Shown here one piece after another: positions 38,412 to 45,129 of a stretch of 64,000 bases of DNA (its first letter is position 1; each line of letters starts with the position of its first letter). This DNA comes from a virus. Lineage: Duplodnaviria; Caudoviricetes. Below the pieces are notes generated by a model. That model ran no database searches and was not told where the DNA came from. It saw only the letters and a program-made list of their open reading frames with translations. The position numbers and the translations under genes are program-made. The stretch spans positions 32,001 through 96,000 of IMG/VR virus record IMGVR_UViG_3300032243_000867. The stretch is one strand, 5' to 3'.

Positions 38412-38885
38412 ATGAGCCCCGAAGCTATCGTCATCGCCATCCTCGCCCTGTTCCCCCACATGAGCGGGAACAACCGCCGCTGCATCGAGACGCAGCAAGA
38501 CCGCATCGTCCAACAGCTTCGTGAGGTATCCCAGCCCTACGAGCCCGGTGCGCCCGTGCCCCCGGTGGAGCTCACCGCTGCCGTTGCCTTCGCGGAGACA
38601 CACCTTGGGTGCGACATCAACGAAGGGGGCAACTGGGGTGCGCCCATCGACCCGCAGCACCGTCACACCGCCGGGACGCATATGCACGCCGTCCGCGCCC
38701 TGTCCCGTGGCTACCAGCGGTGCGGGGATTGGGACGGGGCCATCCTTCGGTTCCGCACGGGGCTCTGCAACCCCCGGCGCAGCCCGTCGGAGCGGGTACG
38801 CGAGCAGGGCGCGCACTACCTCCGGGTGATTCACCGCATCGTGGAGCGGGTTCGTCGGCACGCCGAAGAAGTACACGGCGAGTGA
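38412..38885 (+). CDS. putative lytic transglycosylase-like protein
   Basis: Hydrophobic N-terminus and LTAAVAFAET resembling the SLT catalytic Glu helix. Confidence 0.45.
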   Translation: MSPEAIVIAILALFPHMSGNNRRCIETQQDRIVQQLREVSQPYEPGAPVPPVELTAAVAFAETHLGCDINEGGNWGAPIDPQHRHTAGTHMHAVRALSRGYQRCGDWDGAILRFRTGLCNPRRSPSERVREQGAHYLRVIHRIVERVRRHAEEVHGE

Positions 38886-39052
38886 CCCGGAACAACCTTC
38901 CGCGTATCCTCCGGGGCGGCAGCGGGTTCAGCCTAGAGACGGTGCCCGTTCGCGCGGCGACTCGCTACACGGTCGGGCCTTTGGTTTTGTACGACAGCGT
39001 CGGGTTTCGGTGTGGGTTGCGGGGCAGACAACCCGTGGGGGCTAAACCGTGA
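38882..39052 (+). CDS. FGE/CLec variable-region-like minigene, copy D (56 aa)
   Basis: VTRNNLPRILRGGSGFSLETVPVRAATRYTVGPLVLYDSVGFRCGLRGRQPVGAKP. Confidence 0.7.
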   Translation: MTRNNLPRILRGGSGFSLETVPVRAATRYTVGPLVLYDSVGFRCGLRGRQPVGAKP

Positions 39053-39210
39053 GCTTCGACAAGACTATGGTCGTCATCCGAGGCGGTAGCTGGGGGGATT
39101 CCCCGGAAATCTTCGCCCGTGCGACCTTCGATTCCGCGTACTCGCCCGTGACCCGCTACGAGTGCTTCGGGTTCCGCACCCCCCTTCCAGCCCGTCAGCC
39201 ACGGGCGTAA
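39049..39210 (+). CDS. FGE/CLec variable-region-like minigene, copy E (53 aa)
   Basis: VSFDKTMVVIRGGSWGDSPEIFARATFDSAYSPVTRYECFGFRTPLPARQPRA. Confidence 0.7.
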   Translation: MSFDKTMVVIRGGSWGDSPEIFARATFDSAYSPVTRYECFGFRTPLPARQPRA

Positions 39211-39218
39211 GTACCCGT

Positions 39219-39401
39219 ATGAACCCCCCCACCACCAAACCCACCTCCGACACCCTTCACCGCGTCTACCGCGGCGGCAGTTGGTGCAGCGGACCGTCGT
39301 TGGTACGCGCGGCTCGCAGCGCGGTCGTGCCTGCGTTCCGGTACAGCATCATCGGCTTCCGTTGCGCGCTGCGGGGATGTGAGAGGAAGGTGAAGCCGTG
39401 A
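39219..39401 (+). CDS. FGE/CLec variable-region-like minigene, copy F (60 aa)
   Basis: MNPPTTKPTSDTLHRVYRGGSWCSGPSLVRAARSAVVPAFRYSIIGFRCALRGCERKVKP; ATG 8 nt after GGGCGTAA. Confidence 0.75.
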   Translation: MNPPTTKPTSDTLHRVYRGGSWCSGPSLVRAARSAVVPAFRYSIIGFRCALRGCERKVKP

Positions 39402-39571
39402 GTGAGTCCAAGACCGACACCCGTTACCTCGTCTTCCGCGGCGGCGGTAGCTGGTACAGCTGTGGGCCGTCGAGGGTGCGCGCGGCCATTCGCAACGCGG
39501 ACGAGCCTGCGTACCGTGACGACAACCTGGGGTTTCGGTGCGCGCTGCGGGGAAGGGAACCACGGGCGTAA
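39398..39571 (+). CDS. FGE/CLec variable-region-like minigene, copy G (57 aa)
   Basis: VSESKTDTRYLVFRGGGSWYSCGPSRVRAAIRNADEPAYRDDNLGFRCALRGREPRA. Confidence 0.75.
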   Translation: MSESKTDTRYLVFRGGGSWYSCGPSRVRAAIRNADEPAYRDDNLGFRCALRGREPRA

Positions 39572-39579
39572 GTACCTAT

Positions 39580-39999
39580 ATGGACGACGACACTCTCAAG
39601 CAGTTCCTCCGATGGCGCGGTGTCCGCAACCCCTGCCCCAAGTGCAACGGGCGCGGCTGCTACCAGTACAGCAGCGGGGCGACGTGGCGCGGCGGCATGG
39701 GCACGGCATCCTACGAGTGGGACGTGTGCGACGTGTGCTGGGGCACGGGCGACGAATCCCGCACGGGCGTGGACCTCCGCAAGCAGCGAGACGAGTTCAA
39801 CGCCACCGTGGCGTTGGAAGCTGGGAAGCACCTGTCGCGGTTCGTCGGCGGCATCGGTGAAACGCGCCCCGCCATCGGGGCCATCGCGGACGAACTGGAC
39901 CGCCTTGCACGGGGCCGGAAGGATCGCCCCCGTCACTTTTACACGTTGGTGGGCTACATCGCGGACAAGGTGCGGGACATGGCGAAGGTGCCGACGTGA
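39580..39999 (+). CDS. hypothetical protein with DnaJ-type CxxCxGxG zinc finger
   Basis: CPKCNGRG and CDVCWGTG. Confidence 0.65.
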   Translation: MDDDTLKQFLRWRGVRNPCPKCNGRGCYQYSSGATWRGGMGTASYEWDVCDVCWGTGDESRTGVDLRKQRDEFNATVALEAGKHLSRFVGGIGETRPAIGAIADELDRLARGRKDRPRHFYTLVGYIADKVRDMAKVPT

Positions 40000-40214
40000 G
40001 CGAGCCCCGGTACCAGTATGTGAACGTTGGGGTCTCGACGGGCCACCGTTGCGATTTCTGCGGAGAAGAGATACGGGACCCAAGTTGGGGTCTGCGCCGC
40101 GTGTGCAGCCTCCCCCCGGAGCACAAGGGGCACCCGTTGGGGCCGTGCCCCATGACGTGCGTGCAGACGTATGCGTGCCGCTCTTGTGCGCGGGCGGCGG
40201 GGAAGCATCCCTAG
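39996..40214 (+). CDS. small Cys-rich protein
   Basis: CDFCG and CRSC; coupled ORF. Confidence 0.5.
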   Translation: MSEPRYQYVNVGVSTGHRCDFCGEEIRDPSWGLRRVCSLPPEHKGHPLGPCPMTCVQTYACRSCARAAGKHP

Positions 40215-40216
40215 TC

Positions 40217-40429
40217 GTGAACGGCGACAACGAAGCGGCCTACCGCGCCGAGATCGCGGGTGCCCGGAAGGCCCTCGCCGCCGTGATCGCGATGCTGGAG
40301 TCCTGCAACGACCGTATCGTGCCCATCGGGTGGGACAGGACGGCATGGGAAGGTTTCTGCCTTCACCGCTACGGTGCGGCGGACGACGTGCGGGCGATGA
40401 AGCCCGAGGACATTCTGACGGAACGCTGA
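40217..40429 (+). CDS. hypothetical protein
   Basis: GTG start 2 nt after the upstream stop. Confidence 0.45.
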   Translation: MNGDNEAAYRAEIAGARKALAAVIAMLESCNDRIVPIGWDRTAWEGFCLHRYGAADDVRAMKPEDILTER

Positions 40430-40443
40430 AAGGACAGACGACG

Positions 40444-40929
40444 ATGGCAACGGATACGTGGGAAGCTGGCAAGGACGTGTGGGAGCTCGTGCAGTACCAC
40501 ATCAGCAACAATCACCCCAACCTCGCTCTGGTGGACAAGGAGATCGCCGTGATCTTCCGGGCGAAGGCTAGCAAGTCGGGCGGGCAGGTGGTGCTGGGCA
40601 AGTCCCGCAAGGCCGGGGCGATCTTCAAGGTGCTGGGCAAGGCGGACTACAAGTTCATCTTGGAGATCGCGGGCGATGAGTGGGGCAAGATGGGCGATCC
40701 CCAGCGCAGCGCGCTGATCGACCACCTCCTCTGCGCGTGCAAGGTGGAGGAGGACGAGAAGACGGGCGACCTCAAGTTCAGCATCGCATCGCCCGAGGTG
40801 AGCTTCTTCTGGGATGAGCTCAAGCGCCACGGCGACTGGCGCACGCGCCCGCAGCAGGAAGCTGGCGACTCGACCAACGTCGAGGGCGTGCTGGGGATGA
40901 TGAACGACGACGCATCCGAAGAGAACTGA
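40444..40929 (+). CDS. phage metallopeptidase-like protein (degenerate HExxH)
   Basis: FILEIAGDEW...ALIDHLLCAC pattern. Confidence 0.55.
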   Translation: MATDTWEAGKDVWELVQYHISNNHPNLALVDKEIAVIFRAKASKSGGQVVLGKSRKAGAIFKVLGKADYKFILEIAGDEWGKMGDPQRSALIDHLLCACKVEEDEKTGDLKFSIASPEVSFFWDELKRHGDWRTRPQQEAGDSTNVEGVLGMMNDDASEEN

Positions 40930-40957
40930 CGGTTACTGCGGGGATAGCGTTTCCATC

Positions 40958-41254
40958 GTGCCCCTTCCCACCGTTTACTTCATACAGGCCAACGGCCCCA
41001 GCGGCCCCGTGAAGATCGGCTACACGGGGCGAAGGGTGTCCCAACGGCTGGCCGAGGGGCAAACCTTCGCCCCGGAGGAGCTCACGGTGCTGGTAGAAGC
41101 CCCCGGTACGCCCGCCGATGAGGCGAAGCTGCACCGATTGTTCTCCCAGCACCGCATCCGGGGCGAGTGGTTCACCTACGGACCCGAGATTCAGGAGCTC
41201 GTCTGGTTCCTGATCGAAGGCGGGTCGCTGACGCTGTGGTTGGAAGCGTTCTGA
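40958..41254 (+). CDS. GIY-YIG superfamily (T5orf172/MUG113-like) protein
   Basis: VYFIQ..VKIGYT..RL..E..LHRLF..RGEWF. Confidence 0.75.
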   Translation: MPLPTVYFIQANGPSGPVKIGYTGRRVSQRLAEGQTFAPEELTVLVEAPGTPADEAKLHRLFSQHRIRGEWFTYGPEIQELVWFLIEGGSLTLWLEAF

Positions 41255-41285
41255 CGCGCTATCCCGTTTCTAGGGTAGGTCCGTT

Positions 41286-41567
41286 GTGGCGAAGATAATC
41301 AGCACCGCCGGGATGACCCCGTTCGAGGTGGTGATCGACGGAACCGTTCCCGGCATGGTGCGGTTCGTCCGCGCGTTGTCTAAGACGAGCGCGAAGGTAT
41401 CCAGCTCCCCGAAGAAGAGCCAACTTGGGAACCAAATGGTTTTCGTGGTTTGGCTGAGCCCGTTCTACATCGCCCTGTTTCGGACGTGGTGCGATCCCGC
41501 GGGCTTTCGGTTCATCTCGGCGGATTCCGTCCAGACGGACGGATCGGTCAAGAATCCAGAGCCTTGA
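41286..41567 (+). CDS. hypothetical protein
   Basis: ORF preceded by a CTATC-N12-TAGG element. Confidence 0.45.
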   Translation: MAKIISTAGMTPFEVVIDGTVPGMVRFVRALSKTSAKVSSSPKKSQLGNQMVFVVWLSPFYIALFRTWCDPAGFRFISADSVQTDGSVKNPEP

Positions 41568-42042
41568 GGGAGTCTCCGAGGGAGCGGAGCGAATCAGCGG
41601 AGAGCTTCCCCGCCGAAGACTCCAGCTCACCGAGCTGAGCCGAGAACCTCTCGACGTTCCCTTCTATCTGGTCTGCAAGGACCCAGAACCGTTTGCGGCA
41701 CTCCACGGCGAGCGCGGCGACGTGCTTACACGCCGCCCGCCGTTGCTGAAGGTCGGGGCAGGTGCAGTTGAACCCCGGCTTCGGTTGGAAGGTGAGGCGG
41801 GTTTTGTATCCCGCCGACCCGGTGCTGGCCGATGCCGTCGCGGGAACTCCGCTGCCGTCCGGGAGCATCTGGGTAGTGATGATGACGTGGGACACGGGGA
41901 CGTTCGGGGCGCGTTGCGCCCTCGAAGGGGGGACCGCTCGTTCCAGACGGTTTAGCAGTTCGTTCGCCGTCTGAAGGTTCCCCAGGGTCTTCGAGAGGCC
42001 CAGAAGGGCGGAGGATGTAGATTGAAGAGGGTTCGCGTTCAT
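41548..42042 (-). CDS. SWIM zinc-finger protein
   Basis: FNCTCPD...CKHVAA; GGAGG RBS and GGGCGTAA upstream. Confidence 0.7.
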   Translation of the reverse strand: MNANPLQSTSSALLGLSKTLGNLQTANELLNRLERAVPPSRAQRAPNVPVSHVIITTQMLPDGSGVPATASASTGSAGYKTRLTFQPKPGFNCTCPDLQQRRAACKHVAALAVECRKRFWVLADQIEGNVERFSAQLGELESSAGKLSADSLRSLGDSLKALDS

Positions 42043-42085
42043 GCCTACCTCCCTCTTTTTACGCCCGCGAAGGTAAGGTAACGGC

Positions 42086-43918
42086 ATGGCCCGCCCCATC
42101 ACCACGTTGTTTCAGCCCACCGTCATTCTCCTCGCAGAAATGTCCCTCGTCCCTCAAGGGCTCGATGACCTCGTGGAGTGGGTCGGGGACTACCGCCCGG
42201 AGTGCCTCCCCGGTGAGAGCCCCACGGGCATGGACCTGTTCCCCCACGGTGGTGCGCGCGACGACGGGGGTGTGCTCACGGGCAATGAGCTCTTGGTCGA
42301 GCTCGCGGGCCGAAATTGTTATGACAAGGAGACCGAGGTACTCACGGAAACTGGGTGGGTGAAGTTCCCGGACCTCCCCCAAGGTGTGCCCATCGCCACG
42401 TACAACCAGGGTACCGGGATGGTCGAGTATCAAGTACCGACGGACTACATCCAGAAGAAGTACACCGGGGCGATGTATCGGGTGGATTCCCGGTCAGTCT
42501 CTCTTCGTGTGACCGAAGACCATGACATCTGGCATGGGGATCGGAGCCGCTGGTGGAGCTTCTCACCGGCTCGCGAGGTGGCTGGCCATTCCTACAGGCT
42601 CCTCCGTACGGCACCCTATGCAGGGGATGGGTTCGTGGAGCCCTTCTGGGAGGTTCCCACTGACAAGTCTCTGGCATGGGCTACGTTTCTCGGGTATCTC
42701 GTGACCGAGGGTTATGTGTTCGACGGGCGCGGGAGGGGCACTGGATCAAGGGTCACTCTTTTCCAGAAGCCTGCGAAGGCAGGTCCCATTCTCGCGTGTC
42801 TGGCAGAACTGGGTTTCACCCCCCGTGTCCAGACCGATGCGCGGAATGGTGTTCTCCAGATCACTGTGGGGAACACCAAACTCGCACAGGCACTCCTCCC
42901 TTGGGCGGGGGTGCTGTCTCATCACAAGCGTCTCCCCAACCATGTTTTCAACTGGCCGATGGGTGTTCGGGCTGCGCTGGTCAACGCCATGATGGCTGGT
43001 GATGGGACCGTCACCAATGGGCACCGGGTCTTCTACACGTCTTCACCGGGGCTCGCTGAAGACATGCAGCGCCTCATCACTCTCTCCGGGAAACCGGGGT
43101 CTCTGCACAACGTCCAGAGGGTGCAACGGGAGACCGGGTTCTCGTCGCGTCACCCGAGCTACACTGTTCGGGAGTGTGGACGGAACGAAGTCACCCTCAA
43201 CAAGCACGGTGTGGCCCATGACGGGTGGGAGGAGACATCAGATGAGGATGTCTACTGCGTGACGGTGCCCAATCGAACCCTTCTCGTCCGCCGTGACCAG
43301 AAGGTGGTGGTGTGTGCAAATTGCTACCACTCCTACGGGGCCAAGGCGGGCAAGAAGTCCAACGCGGACTACATCGCCCACACCCAGAGCGGGAGCGTCC
43401 CGCACCGTTCGATCATGTACCACGCCAAGATGACCTTCTTCGTCGGCGGCATCTCACGGCGGGTCAGTCACGAGCTCATCCGGCACTACGTCGGTGCAGA
43501 CCGTAGCGAGGAAGGTTCACCGTCGCAGGAGTCCACCCGGTACACGCACCACCCGGGGCACTTTGTCGTCCCCCCGAAGATGATGGGGGACGGTAACGCC
43601 GTGGAGCAGTTCATGGCGTCGATGAGCTCCGCGTACACCGCGTACCACGAGTACATCGACCGGGAGACGGAAGCCTATCGTGCGGCGTCGGGAGAGGAGC
43701 CCAAGGGGCTGTCCCGCAAGCGCATCTACGAGGCGGCGGCGGGGTTGCTACCGATGCAATCTGCCACGTCTCTCGTGTGGACGGCCAACCCGGTGAGCCT
43801 CGCCAAGATGTTTGCGGAACGCACGGACGAAACCTCCGACGCGGAGTTTCAGCGCCTCGCCCTCCGGTGGCAGAAGCTGTGTGTCGCCCGGTGGCCCAAT
43901 CTGTTTCCGAGGGCGTAA
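42086..43918 (+). CDS. thyX: flavin-dependent thymidylate synthase with intein
   Basis: ELAGRN|CY, HRSIMYH, RRVSHELIRH, SQESTRY. Confidence 0.88.
   Translation: MARPITTLFQPTVILLAEMSLVPQGLDDLVEWVGDYRPECLPGESPTGMDLFPHGGARDDGGVLTGNELLVELAGRNCYDKETEVLTETGWVKFPDLPQGVPIATYNQGTGMVEYQVPTDYIQKKYTGAMYRVDSRSVSLRVTEDHDIWHGDRSRWWSFSPAREVAGHSYRLLRTAPYAGDGFVEPFWEVPTDKSLAWATFLGYLVTEGYVFDGRGRGTGSRVTLFQKPAKAGPILACLAELGFTPRVQTDARNGVLQITVGNTKLAQALLPWAGVLSHHKRLPNHVFNWPMGVRAALVNAMMAGDGTVTNGHRVFYTSSPGLAEDMQRLITLSGKPGSLHNVQRVQRETGFSSRHPSYTVRECGRNEVTLNKHGVAHDGWEETSDEDVYCVTVPNRTLLVRRDQKVVVCANCYHSYGAKAGKKSNADYIAHTQSGSVPHRSIMYHAKMTFFVGGISRRVSHELIRHYVGADRSEEGSPSQESTRYTHHPGHFVVPPKMMGDGNAVEQFMASMSSAYTAYHEYIDRETEAYRAASGEEPKGLSRKRIYEAAAGLLPMQSATSLVWTANPVSLAKMFAERTDETSDAEFQRLALRWQKLCVARWPNLFPRA
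42317..43321 (+). mobile_element. intein with LAGLIDADG endonuclease (335 aa) in ThyX
   Basis: Begins CYDKETEVLT, ends VVCAN before Cys; FLGYLVTEG and VNAMMAGDG blocks. Confidence 0.88.
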
Positions 43919-43928
43919 GGTAGGGCAC

Positions 43929-44009
43929 GCGAGCGTGGCGGAATGGCAGACGCGCCGGATTTAGGCTCCGGTGCCGCAAGGCGTGGAGGTTCGACCCCTC
44001 TCGCTCGCA
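43929..44009 (+). tRNA. tRNA-Leu (UAG)
   Basis: Acceptor GCGAGCG/CGCTCGC, anticodon stem CCGGA/TCCGG with TAG, long variable arm, GGTTCGACCC; CCA not encoded. Confidence 0.92.
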
Positions 44010-44021
44010 CTGGAGACGGCA

Positions 44022-44357
44022 ATGCACACCCTGCTTCAAGGCTTCTATCACGTCGGGCGCGACCCGTTCCCCGGGCACCTCTGCACCCTCCCCAACTCGC
44101 GGGAGCCCGAGGTCATGGATTCTTCCGGCGACGCCTACCACGTCGTGGTTCTCGTAGATTGCAGGTTTTCCGTGCATGGTAGGATCGCCAAGATGAAGCC
44201 CTACACGGCCCGCGACGACGAAGACGGTTCGTTGCTATACGGGTGGGTAGACGCGAACGGCAACTTTTCGGACCACGGCGAGAAGTACATCCACGGCGAC
44301 CATGAGAAGGTGGTCGCTTGGAAGCCGTGCCCTGCCGACTTCGACCTTCGAGTGTGA
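44022..44357 (+). CDS. hypothetical protein
   Basis: ATG after tRNA with GGAG upstream. Confidence 0.5.
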   Translation: MHTLLQGFYHVGRDPFPGHLCTLPNSREPEVMDSSGDAYHVVVLVDCRFSVHGRIAKMKPYTARDDEDGSLLYGWVDANGNFSDHGEKYIHGDHEKVVAWKPCPADFDLRV

Positions 44358-44379
44358 CCGAAAACTGATGGAAAAGCAC

Positions 44380-44592
44380 ATGGCTTGGGACGCGAACGGA
44401 TCGCCCATCGAGGGCTCTCAACACCACACCCCTGCTCCTACCCCCTCCCCGTCGCGTAAGGGAGCCCTCTCCGACCTCTTCGTCGGATACCGGGAGGCGC
44501 TTTCGCTTGCCCTGTCGGACGGCGACCTGTCGAAGCTGGACGAGGCTCACGAGGCCCTCAAGGCCCGCATCCGTGAGGACCGACTTCGATGA
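44380..44592 (+). CDS. hypothetical protein
   Basis: Short ORF coupled to the next gene; start uncertain. Confidence 0.45.
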   Translation: MAWDANGSPIEGSQHHTPAPTPSPSRKGALSDLFVGYREALSLALSDGDLSKLDEAHEALKARIREDRLR

Positions 44593-44816
44593 TCCGCAAC
44601 CTTCGCAAGATGTCCTACGCCCGACTCGCCGCCATCTCACACGCACCCGAGGTCAAGGCGGAGTTGGAACGCCGAAGGCTTCGCCGCTCCGTTCGCAAGC
44701 CTTCAGGGCAACCGAGCAATGACTACGACCTGATCGTGAGAGACACGGTGGACCGTGTGCGGAGCGCGATCCTTGCGAAGATACTTTCCAATCTCGGCCT
44801 CCCCTCGCGGGGGTAG
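44589..44816 (+). CDS. hypothetical protein
   Basis: ATGA-coupled basic ORF. Confidence 0.45.
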   Translation: MIRNLRKMSYARLAAISHAPEVKAELERRRLRRSVRKPSGQPSNDYDLIVRDTVDRVRSAILAKILSNLGLPSRG

Positions 44817-44824
44817 GTCAACAC

Positions 44825-44889
44825 GGACGGGTGCCCGAGCGGCCAAAGGGAGCAGACTGTAAATCTGTCGGCTTATGCCTACGGTGGTT
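44825..44889 (+). pseudogene. tRNA-Tyr (GUA) truncated in the T-loop
   Basis: Intact 5' acceptor strand, D arm, GCAGA-CTGTAAA-TCTGT anticodon arm, variable arm and GGTGGTT; no CGAATCC or 3' acceptor strand follows. Confidence 0.85.
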
Positions 44890-44965
44890 ACTCCTCAACA
44901 GTTCTTCTACCTTCTGGTCAGTGCCGCCCTCGTTTGGGCGGTGACCCAAGCCGTCACGTACCCCC

Positions 44966-45127
44966 ATGACAGAAGATGCCAAAGCGAAATTGTCTGCTGC
45001 CCGCAAGGGTGTCCCGAGACCCCCCGAGGTTGGAGCAAAAGTGAGTGCGGCACTCAAGGGGCGACCCTGGACACCTGAGCGCAAAGAAGCCGCCCGTGTC
45101 CGTGCAGCACAGCGTAAGGGGGGATAG
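44966..45127 (+). CDS. NUMOD3-like DNA-binding repeat peptide (homing endonuclease remnant)
   Basis: MTEDAKAKLSAARKGVPRPPEVGAKVSAALKGRPWTPERKEAARVRAAQRKGG; not in the ORF track. Confidence 0.6.
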   Translation: MTEDAKAKLSAARKGVPRPPEVGAKVSAALKGRPWTPERKEAARVRAAQRKGG

Positions 45128-45129
45128 AC

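Noticed and set aside
4938-39571. A complete DGR (RT, avd, template repeat) in this window
   Set aside because: No ORF has RT motifs (e.g. YxDD in RT context), and no minigene copy is an AAC-rich template; only target-like sequences are present.
44875-45078. 67-aa ORF overlapping tRNA-Tyr
   Set aside because: It starts inside the tRNA variable arm; the NUMOD3-like frame explains the region better.
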